In this document: positions 1 to 10,827 of the stretch, piece after piece
Layout: every line of letters begins with the position of its first letter
How positions within the stretch are numbered: position 1 is the first letter of the stretch
Virus record (IMG/VR): IMGVR_UViG_3300010401_000003
Span: 1 to 64,000 of that record
DNA: 64,000 nt
Source: a virus
Strand: one strand, 5' to 3'
The notes under the pieces: generated by a model
Told to the model about the DNA's origin: nothing
Databases searched by the model: none
The model's input: the letters and a program-made list of their open reading frames with translations, nothing else
Position numbers and translations under genes: made by a program

Positions 1-3000
1 CAAGTACTCGAAGACCACGTCGAAGAGTGCTTCAAAAACTGGCAACCCGTGGACAGCCTAAAAGCGGAGAACCCAATGGACGAACCCATTCCCGACCTTC
101 TGATCAAAGTTGCCGATGTCCTCCACTTCCTCGGTCGCTACCGAGAAAGCAACGTGCTGATTCTGCTCTCGCGTTGGCTCCGAGCTCGCGGCATCGCTAC
201 GGACGAAACGCTTCAGCGCGCGGTGGAGGCGGCGGAGCGCGACATGCCGCCGTTCATTGTCGCCCCCCAAAGTATGGAAACCCCGGAGCGCAGCAAGTGA
301 AGCCTGCGATCCACAAGGAGCGCATGGCTGAACTCCTGAATCTTTTTCGGCTTCTTCGGGACCTCCGCCGCGTCATCACGTCACTCATTTTCGCTCCTAG
401 CCAATGGAAGCCGAGCAAATGAGACCGCTCGCGATGGTGCAAACGGTCGAGCAAAACGTGCGCGTGGTGCTGGTTTGGAGCTCGACCAGAAACCGCTACG
501 TGAAGAGCGATCGGAGCGTGCTCTTCGCGCGGTGCCCCGTGTGCAAATCCAAAAAGATGGAGCCCTGCGTCGGGCCGCGCGGCTACCACGGCACGACACA
601 TTACAAGCGCCGCGCGAAGGCCAAGCGGTTCATTCGACGCGGCCCCCAAAGTCTCGAATCCCCGGAGCGCAGCAAATGATTCTGGCAGACGCGGGTTTGC
701 GGGTTCGATTCCCGTTCGTGGTGGGTCTTGACTGGTACCCATCGCTCCTTTCTCCCGCGAAGAGCGCGAAGTCGCGTGCTCTCGCATCCCGAGCGGTCTT
801 TGCGCCCGCCGGTTCTTTCGCTGCCGAGCGCAATTTTCGTTACGTGGAAGCAAACTTTTGAGGAGCGGTGAGCCGATGGCAGCACAAGACGACGCTGAGT
901 TTTACAACGCCTCGCAGGAATCGCTGGAGAAGTTCCGCGAGGACTATCGCGAGCGCAAATCCGATCCGTTTCGGATGACGCTTGAGCAAGCGTACGCCGC
1001 GGGTTTTTCGGCGGGGCATCGACACGGGCGAGCAACCATGGTCGGCGCGTTGATTCGGTTCGCTGAGATTCAGGAGAAGGGCGAGCCGGTCGTAGAGCCG
1101 GTCGTCCAGCAGGAGCCGGCACGCTGATGTATCCGCTTACGTGTCAAAAGTGCGGCGTCGTCGACTGCAAGCGGCATCCGCTCCACATGATTTGGCTCCG
1201 GCTCCGGTGGCTTTTCTCGTGACCGTCACGAACGCCATGCGGGCCGATGCGGCTTTCGCTATCGAGCAGGGCTTGCGCGCGATCGCACGCTGTCCGACTC
1301 CGCTCCAAGTTTTCATCGATCACTTCGAGGGCTTGAAGCGCGCTTTCGCGGTCGAGCAGGGCGTGCGCGCCATTGCGCGCTATCGCATCCCGGTCTGCGG
1401 CGAGCACGGCTTCTACCGCTCTCGCTGCGAGCGGCTCGGTCTCTACCACGCCAACGGAAAAGTCACCCACGGGTGCATCAAAGAAAGAGGGACGTACTGA
1501 TGAGACCAAGTGAAGTGCTTCTGGACGGCGGTGGCTATCCGCTTCCCGACACGCTCGGCCGCGCCGACTTCGAAATGGCCGCCGGCATGATCGTGCTGGC
1601 GTGCGCGCTCTACGACGACAAGTGGCAGCCGGTCTCGGGGCCACAAATCGCCTACGCGCTCGAGCAAAACATCCGCGCCGGCCGCATGCCGTGGGTCGCG
1701 CTCCAGAAAAACCCCACGGTCGCGGCTCCGTCGTTCCAGGCGCTTGCCGATCGCGGCTACGCGCGCTTCACGAAGTCGGATCGCGAGCGGAGCCCGATCG
1801 AGCTCACCGACAAGGCGCTCGACTTGATTCGGGCCAAATGGTTTCGGCCGGGCGGCATCGCAGCGGTGGTGAAGTCGTGAGCCAATCGGTAGCTGCCCAC
1901 GTCATCACCATTCTCGTGCTCGAGAACGGTGCCGTAGAAGGCGATCTGGACGACGCCGTCTCGCTCTGGCCCGTCTGCGCGACGGAAGGCCAAGCGACCA
2001 CCATCGACGGGCAAGCCCGCTCGATTTTGGATCAGGCGCTCAGGAGGATTCTGGTCGGGGACCTCGCCCCAGAAAGATTGCCGTCCCCGGAGCCCTCCGA
2101 TGGATGAGATCACTCGAGACCAGGCGCGCGGTTACATCATGCAGAACCTGCTCGAGATCGCGCACAGGGCGGCACTGACCGAGCTTTCGTGCGCTCGCGA
2201 TTGTCTTGTCGAAGGAGAAGGCGAGCCGCTCGTGTTTCTCGTCGATGGCACGACTGCGGCCGTGGATACGTTTCGCGCCGAAGTCGCCGCATTTGCACCG
2301 AGCTTCGCTGAAGTGCAGGTCCGGCGCGCTCGGCCTGTTTGCTTCTGCGATGGCAACGGTTACGTCCCGTGCGACGAGTGCGAGGGCGAGGGCATCGTCG
2401 GGCCCTTTTGTGGCGATGATCTCTGCACCGGCAACGAGTGCTTTCACGACATGCCGAAGCACGTGTGTGGCGTGTGCAAGGGCAGCGGGATCCTCCTCTG
2501 CCCAGCCCACGAGTAACGCGGTTTCCAAGCTTTGAGGAGCGGTGAGCAGATGGACAAAACACCTACTGAGCTTTTCGCAGTCGTCTTTCCCGACGGCGGC
2601 TCGACGACGTTCAACAAGCTGAGCGAGGCCGAGCTTTACGCCGGCCGCGCGCGCGGAGCTTACGGGCCGCTCGTGATTGCGCGATTCGTGCTCGATGGCG
2701 CCGTGCCGCCGAAAACCTACGAACCGCCGACGATACGCATTCTGTCGTGCCAGACGTGCAAACACGCCGAGCTCGATGACGATGGCGACCTCAATTGCAC
2801 AAAACTCGCACAGGACGACGCCGTGTTCCGGAACAGCGTTTTCATGGCGTACAACAGCGACGGACCGGCGGAAGCGGTCGCGGTCGGCGACGATTTCGGC
2901 TGCGTCCTTCACGAGCAGCGAGATCCCAATGAACGTTGAAGGCTGGCAAGCCGGTTTATTCTTCGGGACGGCGTTCACGCTGGTCGCGGAGTTCGCGGTG

Positions 3001-4576
3001 CGCACCGTGCTCCACAAGGTTCGCCACCGCGGCCACGACCACTGCACCAACTGCCAAGGCTGCCTCCGCCCTGACGGCCGCGGCGAGGGCGCGCTCGAGA
3101 CTCTCTTCGTCTGTCCGGTCTGCGGCGACACAGTCCCGGAATGGGCGCCACACGACCAGACGCACACGATTCCGATTGGAGAGGTCGTGTGCCAATGCGG
3201 CGCCGCCTTCGGGCAACGCCTGCCGCTCGACTCCTGTCCGGTGCACGGTCCGGATAAGCAAAACTTTGAGGAGCGGAAATGAAGTCCTGCAAGTTTCGTT
3301 GGAAACGTCGTCGCCCCACATACGACTGGCAACCTCCGCGCCGAGGACGCTACGCGGAACTGGCCATTGCGGTCAGCAAGCGCTCGCCCGACCCTGCTAC
3401 GTACATCACCAAACTTCCCCGCGGCTGTTCGCTACAGGATGCTTTGAGTGATTTCGCACGCTCCGAGTGGAACCGTCAGACGTTAAAAACCACCGCGACG
3501 CTTTATGTCGACGGGGAAATAGCTGCTGAGTCGGCGGTCACTTTTCGCGTGCGCGAGACGAGAGGCAGGGCGCAATGACATCCGAGTCTCGCGCCTGGGG
3601 CGTTTGGGGTGGGGTGCCGGGCGGCTGGTGCCACATTGGCGATCCGCACGATGACGACGGCTATCGCGGCTCGCGCGAAACGGCACTCGCTTTTCTCGAA
3701 CGCTTTCGCCGCGAGTATCCGGAGCTCGACGCGCGCTCTCCGTACGAAGCGATGCTTTTCAATCCAGGCAAGGAGCCTCCGTTTGCTCGCCGTCGGTTGA
3801 CTCCCGCGATGCTGGAATGTCTGAAGCAGATCGCCGCTCGGCGGCGGGCGGCCTGCGATCAGTCGCCGCAGTCGTGGGGCGGGTTTTCACGCGCAACCTA
3901 CAGCGCGCTTCTTTTGCACGGCTATGTGATGAACAGCGCATCGCGGCGGGTGGGACTCCGGATAACGCGTGCAGGACAGGCGGAGCTCGATGCTGCATTG
4001 GAGAAACGCCCATGAGCGACGAGCATGAACGCCTCTTGCGTAAGGTGATGATCTGCAAGCCCGAGGATTACGAGCCCTGGGGCGAGCTCAAGCGATGGGG
4101 CAAGCCCGACGATCGGCATGCGGACTGCTCGACGGGATGCAAATTCGCCCGGTGGCTCGAGGACGTGAAGATCGAGGGCGATCAGCACTATTTGTCGATG
4201 GACTGGTGCGTGTGCACGAATTCATTGGGCGCTACGGCCCGCCCGCGTCGGCCGTGTGGGAGCAAGAGCCATGAAGGTTGATTTTTCTCATCTGGTCCGC
4301 GTGGTGTCCGGTCGCAAAGCCAGCGACGTCACCGCCCATCAAATGCGCAATCTGCTCGGCCTGATGATGCGGATCCACGGCATCTTTGGCGACACGCCGG
4401 GGCAGTTCGCGTTCATTGCTGACATGCTGCAACAGTGCTCGGAGAGCGACGAGCAGCTTCGGGTGCTTTGCATGCGCCTCGCACGGTTGATCTGCGTGGT
4501 GCACGTGGACGCCATCGGGAAGTGTTTGGCTACGGACTACGGAATCGGGGACGACATTGAGCGCCCGTCAAATTAG
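1..4576 (+). CDS. Cluster of ~14 small co-oriented early-type hypothetical genes (1..300 partial, 404..679, 876..1127, 1141..1500, 1500..1880, 1877..2107, 2100..2516, 2550..2939, 2929..3282, 3279..3578, 3575..4015, 4012..4281, 4271..4576)
   Basis: Mostly abutting or overlapping ORFs with ATGA/GTGA junctions and GGAG RBSs; several carry CxxC motifs. Confidence 0.65.
261..679 (+). repeat. Imperfect ~39-bp direct repeat at the 3' ends of two genes (261-300 and 641-679)
   Basis: gccccccaaagtatggaaaccccggagcgcagcaagtga vs ggcccccaaagtctcgaatccccggagcgcagcaaatga; encode PQSMETPERSK* and PQSLESPERSK*. Confidence 0.9.
848..3276 (+). repeat. Dispersed RBS-containing junction repeat TTTGAGGAGCGG (3 copies near 857, 2531 and 3265)
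   Basis: tttgaggagcggtgagc precedes ATGs at 876 and 2550; aagcaaaactttgaggagcgg precedes ATG 3279 and matches aagcaaacttttgaggagcgg at 848. Confidence 0.9.
2100..2516 (+). CDS. Zinc-finger protein with DnaJ-type CxxCxGxG repeats
   Basis: CFCDGNG, CDECEGEG, CGVCKGSG. Confidence 0.65.
   Translation: MDEITRDQARGYIMQNLLEIAHRAALTELSCARDCLVEGEGEPLVFLVDGTTAAVDTFRAEVAAFAPSFAEVQVRRARPVCFCDGNGYVPCDECEGEGIVGPFCGDDLCTGNECFHDMPKHVCGVCKGSGILLCPAHE
3575..4015 (+). CDS. Hypothetical protein with C-terminal winged-helix-like domain
   Basis: LTPAMLECLKQIA...ALLLHGYV...LRITRAGQAEL pattern; similar patterns in 1500..1880 and 7138..7389. Confidence 0.45.
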   Translation: MTSESRAWGVWGGVPGGWCHIGDPHDDDGYRGSRETALAFLERFRREYPELDARSPYEAMLFNPGKEPPFARRRLTPAMLECLKQIAARRRAACDQSPQSWGGFSRATYSALLLHGYVMNSASRRVGLRITRAGQAELDAALEKRP

Positions 4577-4591
4577 TGGAACCACGAAACG

Positions 4592-5194
4592 ATGAGACAG
4601 CTCGACATCGATACTTTCGTAGCATGGAAGGATGCGCCCGCATGGGCGCCCTGGCGCCGCGTGCACAAGGGCGATGTCCGTTGCCGCGTGCTCGCGGACA
4701 AGCACTACACGCGGCAGAGCCCGGGGCATCCCATGTGGACGCGCCCCGGCTACAACTTCGTGCTCTACGCGAACGACCTCGTGGGCGACGCCGTTTTTTG
4801 CTGGTGGCGTCCGAAGTGGGAAGCTGGCCAAGAACGCAAGGACCGGCTCCACGTCATCGAATGCACGATCTTTCGCCGCGAGCAGTTGCCGTGGGTCGCC
4901 TCGGATCTGATTCGCGCGGCGGTCGCGGCGCTCGACACCCCCGAAGCGGCGGCGGATTTGCGCTACGCGAGCATGGGCCTCATCGATTGCTTGATCACGG
5001 GCGTCGGCTCGAAAGCGACGGCACGGCTGCGCGGCAAGCGCAGCCTTCCCGGACACTGCTTTCGCCGCGCGGGCTGGCGCGAGCTCGCGAAGCGCGGTGG
5101 GCGCGCTGACGTTTGGCTTTGGTATCCAGCGCCGGCAGCGCTCTCGTTTCGCTGTCCCGCACCCGAATGCAACGAACAAGGAGAACCGCGGTGA
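4592..5194 (+). CDS. Putative GNAT-fold (Mom-like) phage protein
   Basis: LADKHYTRQ, ECTIFRRE..ASDLIRAAV and PGHCFRRAGW resemble a phage acetyltransferase-like family; recognised from memory, unverified. Confidence 0.45.
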   Translation: MRQLDIDTFVAWKDAPAWAPWRRVHKGDVRCRVLADKHYTRQSPGHPMWTRPGYNFVLYANDLVGDAVFCWWRPKWEAGQERKDRLHVIECTIFRREQLPWVASDLIRAAVAALDTPEAAADLRYASMGLIDCLITGVGSKATARLRGKRSLPGHCFRRAGWRELAKRGGRADVWLWYPAPAALSFRCPAPECNEQGEPR

Positions 5195-5710
5195 GCGAAA
5201 CAGAAGAACGCATTTTGGATCTGCTCGATGAAGTGCGCATGGACCTCGGCCGGATTGCAAATCACCTGCCCAATCCGGAGGAGCGGCGGGCGCGGCTTCG
5301 CGCTCAGATTGCTGCGATGCTTTTCACTACCGAGGCATACGACGCTGCCGGTGCAGCGCATGCTGTGAAGGGTGCGGATCTGTTGCTCACGGAGCTCGGC
5401 CTGTGAAAGCCCACCTCGAGCTTCGCCGCAACAAGGACTTTCCCTTCTCGCTCGTGGTTGCGCGAGACCGGGAATCGGTGAGCGCGAAGACCGCGCGCGT
5501 ACTCCACGATCGGTGCGCGTTTCGCATCCACGATCAGTGCCTGGACGACCACTGCAAAACCGCTGACGGCGGACCCCTCACCCACGGCGCGATCGATGGC
5601 AATTGCCTCGCGCTCTTGCTCCAGCACCCGGCCAGGCCGCTCGAGACGAGCAAGAAGGCGAATCGGATGCTCTCGATGTTTGTAGAGAGCTGGTTTCGGG
5701 AGCAACGGAC

Positions 5711-6175
5711 GTGAAAGCGCTATCGCTCACGCGACCCTGGGGCTGGATCATCCTAAACCTCGGGAAGCGCATCGAGAATCGCACCTGGGAGACCGAATAT
5801 CGGGGACCGGTGCTCCTTCACTCGTCGAAAACGATGACGCGCAATGATTGGTACAGCGCCCACGATTTCGTCGAGACGTTCGATCCGGAAGGTGCGTCCC
5901 GGATCCCCCAGCCGAAAGATCCGCGGCTCGTCGCGAGCGCGATCGTCGGGTACGCGGAAATCATCGGCGTCATCCAACCCGGCTGGCGCTTGCGGCGGAA
6001 GGTTTCGGAGCGGCAGCGCGCCGAGCTCGAGGCGCAGAAGCATTGGTACATGGGGAGCTACGGCTTCGTGCTCCGGAACGTCCGGGCCACGCCAATCGTA
6101 CCGTGCAGCGGGCTTCTCGGGCTCTGGACGCCGGCGCCCGCCGTGGTAGCAGCCGCGCTCGGAGTTCCGGCGTGA
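5711..6175 (+). CDS. ASCH domain protein
   Basis: MKALSLTRPW..LGKRIENRTWETEYRGPVLLHSS; GTG start overlaps the upstream stop. Confidence 0.9.
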   Translation: MKALSLTRPWGWIILNLGKRIENRTWETEYRGPVLLHSSKTMTRNDWYSAHDFVETFDPEGASRIPQPKDPRLVASAIVGYAEIIGVIQPGWRLRRKVSERQRAELEAQKHWYMGSYGFVLRNVRATPIVPCSGLLGLWTPAPAVVAAALGVPA

Positions 6176-6353
6176 GCTTCGAGGATACGCCCGCCGGCTA
6201 CGCCGTCTGCCAGGCGTGCGACGCGCCCGCGACGCATACGGTCAAGTACGAAGGGAAAGAGACGGTGCTTTGCAAGTACCACCGCGAGCTCTTGGGAAAA
6301 CACGCGAGCTTCGCGGAAGCGCTCCAGGAACGGGCGAGGAAGGAAAAGAAGCG

Positions 6354-6812
6354 ATGAGCTCACGACTCAAGAAACTCTGGAAGGACGACGACATGCCTCG
6401 AGCTCTGCTCGAGGCGTGGGCGCAACACGAAGCTTTCCGCCGGCTCGGATTTTCGCCGGACGACATTTTCTTCGGCGCCAACCAGCCGGAGCAAATGGGC
6501 CTCACTCCGATCCTGAAGCACCAGCCGGATCTCCGCATTTGCGTCACCGAAGAGCAGTACTGGCAAATCGTTTGCGTGCTGAAGACGCAGGAGAAGCAAT
6601 TCGTGGTGACGTGCGGGTGGTGCCCGAAGCGGATGAGCCACGAGCAGATCCTCGCGCGTTGGGAAAGCTTCGTGGAGCGGTTCAATGCGGGGAAGATCGA
6701 AGACTCGTACCTTCAGCGCGTTTGGGAGCGCTCGCAGGTGCGGCGCGATGCGGTCCATCTGATTGAAGCGCTCGGGCGCGCAGAGATCCGGATACCGGGG
6801 GACCTCTCATGA
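6354..6812 (+). CDS. Hypothetical protein
   Basis: ORF MSSRLKKLW..., ATGA overlaps at both ends. Confidence 0.65.
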   Translation: MSSRLKKLWKDDDMPRALLEAWAQHEAFRRLGFSPDDIFFGANQPEQMGLTPILKHQPDLRICVTEEQYWQIVCVLKTQEKQFVVTCGWCPKRMSHEQILARWESFVERFNAGKIEDSYLQRVWERSQVRRDAVHLIEALGRAEIRIPGDLS

Positions 6813-7135
6813 TGCACACGTGCCACGCGGTCGACTGCAAGGAGCACGTTCCGCCGCGGCTTCTCATGTGCCGTCGGCACTGGTTTATGGTGCCGGAGGA
6901 GCTCCGTGGAAATGTCGAAAAGACGTTCGTGTCGGGGCAGGAGCGCAGCAAGAAGCCGACTTTTCTCTACCTCCTGAACGCTTCGCTCGCGATCGCGGAG
7001 GTTGCCGAGAAGGAGGGCAAGACCCAATACGCTCAAGTCCACCGCGAGGCGGCGGCGCGTTGGGCGGCGCGACTCATCGCGCTCAAACCCGAGGGTCGAG
7101 AGCTTCTCCGCCGCTACGCGGCATCGCGGCGCTGA
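6809..7135 (+). CDS. Small Cys/His zinc-binding phage protein
   Basis: HTCHAVDC...LMCRRHWFMVP motif. Confidence 0.65.
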   Translation: MMHTCHAVDCKEHVPPRLLMCRRHWFMVPEELRGNVEKTFVSGQERSKKPTFLYLLNASLAIAEVAEKEGKTQYAQVHREAAARWAARLIALKPEGRELLRRYAASRR

Positions 7136-7617
7136 ACATGAAGCCGCTCACCACGCCGCAATATCGCGAGCTCGTCGAGCTTTCTCGTCCCGGCTATCCG
7201 GACATGGATCCGAGTTCCGAGCCTGTTTGCCAAGAGCTTCGGCGTGAAGGTTTTGCTGTCATCACGCGCACCGAGGAAGACGGGGACGACGAGATCGAGT
7301 TTTGGGACATCACCGAACGCGGTCGCTTGGCGCTTCGCATCCATCTGCTGTTTTTGGCCTCAGTGGCGGTGTCGCATGTACGACTCTGACAACAATTACG
7401 ACCGCTGCGATGCCGAGATCGGCGAATTCCAGTGCTTCCGCAAAGACGGGCACTACGGGCGCCACTCGGCGCGTCACTACAAACGAAACACGTTCATCTA
7501 TTGGATCATCGAGACACGTCGCGAAGGGCCGGAGCCGTGCACGTGTAACGCTGGTCCGCAGCACAAGCCGGATTGTCCGGCCTATTCGGAAATCCGGCGA
7601 CGAAAACGAGGTACGCG

Positions 7618-8667
7618 GTGAGAAAGAAGATTGTCCCGATTCGAGGCACCAAGAAACGGAAGTTCCGGCCGATCCCCAAGCACCTGCCACCGGTAAAGAC
7701 GCTCGGCGCGCCGCGGCCACTGGTAGGCGGGGGGGTCGGGGAGCTCGTTCGGCATTTCTTGTCGAACCGCGCGGCGACCACGCTGAAAGCCTACCGAGCT
7801 GACCTGGATTCGTTCGCGGGGTTTTTGGAGAAGCACTCGAGCGAGGAGGCGATCGCGGAGCTGCTCGAGGGCGGCTCGGGCAATGCGAACCTGATTGCGC
7901 TTCGCTGGCTCGGTCAGATGCGCGACGACGAGCTCGCGAGCTCGACGCGGGCGAGACGCATTTCGACGCTGCGCTCGGTGGTTGTCTTGGCGCGCATGCT
8001 TGGGATGGTGACCTGGGAGATTGAGATCAAGCCGCCCAAGTTTCAACGCACCTCCCACACCGTTCCAGAGGTTTCCGATCTGCAATGCTTATTGCGGGCG
8101 TGCGGAGATGGCTTGTTGGGCACGCGCGACAAGGCTCTTTTGCTCATCGCTCTGACAATGGGATTGCATCGGTCGGAATTGGCGACACTGACGCTCGGCG
8201 ACTACGATCACGCTCAATCGCGGCTCTTGATCCACGGGAAAGGCGGTCGCAAGTCTTGGATGAAGGTGCCACCGCGGACGGCGGAAGCCCTGAACGCCTG
8301 GATCTGTCTATCCCGCGGCGAATTCTGCTCGACTACCTCGCCGCCTTTGCGCGCTGACCCCAAGAGCCCCATTTTCTTCCGCTTGGACCGAACGCTCAGC
8401 GAGGAGTGTGCCTCGATGACCCCCGACGGGATCTACATCGTCATCCGCCGCTTGGGAAAACGGGCCGGCATCCGCGTTTCTCCGCACGACTTGCGTAACG
8501 CGTCGTTGGCGGCGGCTCTGAAAGCGACCAATGGCAATATTCGCGCGGTCCAAAGATTTGGCCGGTTCAGCGACCCCAACTCCGTTTTGCCGCACGACGA
8601 GCGGCGCATCGATGCGGCAGGCACGATTTCCGAGTCGGTGGCAGCTTTGACGGATGGTCGCAAATGA
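7618..8667 (+). CDS. Tyrosine recombinase (XerC/D-like) fold, catalytic residues degenerate
   Basis: N-terminal SAM-like region (TLKAYRADLDSF), RDKALLL..GLHRSEL, GKGGR, SPHDLR; expected catalytic R, second H and Y appear as H, F and H. Confidence 0.9.
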   Translation: MRKKIVPIRGTKKRKFRPIPKHLPPVKTLGAPRPLVGGGVGELVRHFLSNRAATTLKAYRADLDSFAGFLEKHSSEEAIAELLEGGSGNANLIALRWLGQMRDDELASSTRARRISTLRSVVVLARMLGMVTWEIEIKPPKFQRTSHTVPEVSDLQCLLRACGDGLLGTRDKALLLIALTMGLHRSELATLTLGDYDHAQSRLLIHGKGGRKSWMKVPPRTAEALNAWICLSRGEFCSTTSPPLRADPKSPIFFRLDRTLSEECASMTPDGIYIVIRRLGKRAGIRVSPHDLRNASLAAALKATNGNIRAVQRFGRFSDPNSVLPHDERRIDAAGTISESVAALTDGRK

Positions 8668-9585
8668 CCCGCCGCGCGATCCGCTGCGAACACGGCTTCC
8701 TCGAGAAGCTCTGCGCCAAGCCCGGTTGCAAACACTGGGATGGACTCCGCACCGCGCGCGAGAAAGCGTCGCTGACTCCGCGCCAGCGCTCGTGCCACGC
8801 TCGGCGCAGCAAAAAGTACCTCCCCAACTTCCGCACCGATCCGAGGTGACGCCCATGATGCAGCTCATCGTCCGCACGTACGAATACCAAGGCCAGAAGC
8901 TCGCGCTCGTTCTCGAGCACACGTTCATTGGCAAGACCCGCGCCGAGGCGCTTCACTATTCCAAGTCGCACGAGGCAACCGATTCGTTCTATCGGAAGAC
9001 GGGCGGCCATCTCGTTGCCAGGAACGCGTTCAGCGGGGTCGGACCAACGATCGCGCATGCCAAGTACAAAGGGATTCAGACCGTGACCGATGCCCAATTC
9101 CGGAGGCGCGAGCGATGAGAGAAATCCGACAATGGATGAAAAAGACCAAAGGGACGGTCACGTTTCAGCCGGGGCCGTTCGGAGGGGTGATCGTGCTTCT
9201 CTCGACGCCGCGCTCGGCCTCGGTGCGCCGCGAGGTGCTCACCACCACGAGCCCCGAAATGGACAACATCAGCGAGGCGTTTCGGCTGGCTCGGACCCGG
9301 CACACGATCAAATTGGCGGCTACCACTTGCGTCAGCCGCGAAGTCGACGGAAAGCATTCCTAATGAGCGACCACGAAGTCATCCTGGCGGACGCTTTCAA
9401 GGTGAGGACCACCCGGCCCGCGCGGCACGTGGTCGTCCCGCACATTCACACCAATGCCGTGGTGAGCGACTTTCTGGCGCCGCTCGTAAAGTACGCCGAG
9501 ACGGCCGACGGCTGCGTCGCCTACCTCTCGGTCCGCGGAAAGACGCTCAGAATCACGCTCGAGCGGCTGTGATAAACTTTTTTCC

Positions 9586-10035
9586 GTGGCTCACCGACTG
9601 ACGTTCGAGGGGTGTTTCGACAAGCGGAAGCTGCGCGCGCTGATCGTGACGCTGCCGCTCACCTACGCCGTGCTCAATTCGATGGTGAGCAAACCCGTCA
9701 AGTGGCCGAGCCAAGTGCGCTGCATGACCGACTCGAAGATCCGCGCCGGCAGGAAACGCGGCGCCGGCCACGGGTACACGTACACGAGCGGCCCGCGGCG
9801 CAATACGATTTGGCTCAATCACTACATGACCGAAGCCGGTTACTGGCTGGTCTTCACGCACGAGAATCTCCACCACGCCTTCCCCGATGCGAGCGAAGAC
9901 GAGATCAACTGCTCGCAATTGCCTTACGTTTTCGAGGAAGTGTTCGGGCGCAAATGGCCGGGGCACGAGTGGGCGCGGAGCCAAGGCGTCGGCTCGCCGC
10001 AACCTGGCACCGGAGACCGAAGCTATTGTCGGTGA
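9586..10035 (+). CDS. Putative zincin-like metallopeptidase
   Basis: HExxH (THENLHH) after a TIWLN strand, downstream SEDEI. Confidence 0.5.
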   Translation: MAHRLTFEGCFDKRKLRALIVTLPLTYAVLNSMVSKPVKWPSQVRCMTDSKIRAGRKRGAGHGYTYTSGPRRNTIWLNHYMTEAGYWLVFTHENLHHAFPDASEDEINCSQLPYVFEEVFGRKWPGHEWARSQGVGSPQPGTGDRSYCR

Positions 10036-10391
10036 AAGCCGCTGGCCTCTTCGTCGCCGCTCGCTCGACGCGCGCGCACCTCTTCGTGCAAAACAGCACG
10101 ACCGGCTGGTGGGAATCGACGGGCGGCCATATCGAGCGCGGCGAAACGGCCATGATGGCCGCGATTCGCGAATTCTGGGAAGAGACCGGCTACCGGGGCT
10201 CGCTCACGATCGAAGACCACAACTATCAAGTCGGAGAGTTTCTGCTGTTCGATGGCTGGATCCCGGTCGAGTTTTCGCCGGTGCTCAGCGTCGAGCATCG
10301 CGCGTATGCTTGGCGCCACCTCGACCACCCGCCTCGCCCGCTCCATCCGGGGCTCGAGGCCGTCATCCGGGAGAAGGGCTATGCTGTTTGA
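10032..10391 (+). CDS. NUDIX hydrolase
   Basis: Complete Nudix box GGHIERGETAMMAAIREFWEETG; later SVEHRAYAW. Confidence 0.92.
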   Translation: MKAAGLFVAARSTRAHLFVQNSTTGWWESTGGHIERGETAMMAAIREFWEETGYRGSLTIEDHNYQVGEFLLFDGWIPVEFSPVLSVEHRAYAWRHLDHPPRPLHPGLEAVIREKGYAV

Positions 10392-10641
10392 TGTCCACGT
10401 CGATCTGATCAAGAAAATGGCGCGCGACGTCGGCATCGGAAAGCGCGACGCCGAAATCAAAGCCGTGAAGCTCGGCCCGAACGAAGTCACTTACGTCGGA
10501 GCCAAGAGCGAAGATGGGTTACAGTTCGTGAAGGATTTGCGGGACGGGTACAAGCTGCCGCTCATCGAGTACTCGCCCGATGACGACGACGAAGATTTCG
10601 ACGGGGACGACGATGACGACGGAGACGACGACTCGGAGTAG
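10381..10641 (+). CDS. Small protein with poly-acidic C-terminus
   Basis: Ends in DDDDEDFDGDDDDDGDDDSE. Confidence 0.6.
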   Translation: MLFDVHVDLIKKMARDVGIGKRDAEIKAVKLGPNEVTYVGAKSEDGLQFVKDLRDGYKLPLIEYSPDDDDEDFDGDDDDDGDDDSE

Positions 10642-10827
10642 CTACGCGAACCGGATCGTCTTTCTGGCGATCGGATGCGGCTACGTCTGGGATGGCGTCG
10701 TCTGTAAGAGCGTCGGACAAGCCGTAGTCGACTGGTGCTTTTCGACCGTGCTCTTGTCGTTTCTGATCCTGGACGTGTTTCTCGGCGAGTAGCTACTCGA
10801 AGCCGCGACGCGGCTTCAGGCGTCGCC

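Noticed and set aside
7618-8667. Functional integrase defining a prophage boundary
   Set aside because: Catalytic Tyr/Arg/His appear substituted, the gene is mid-operon, and no att site, tRNA or host genes are adjacent
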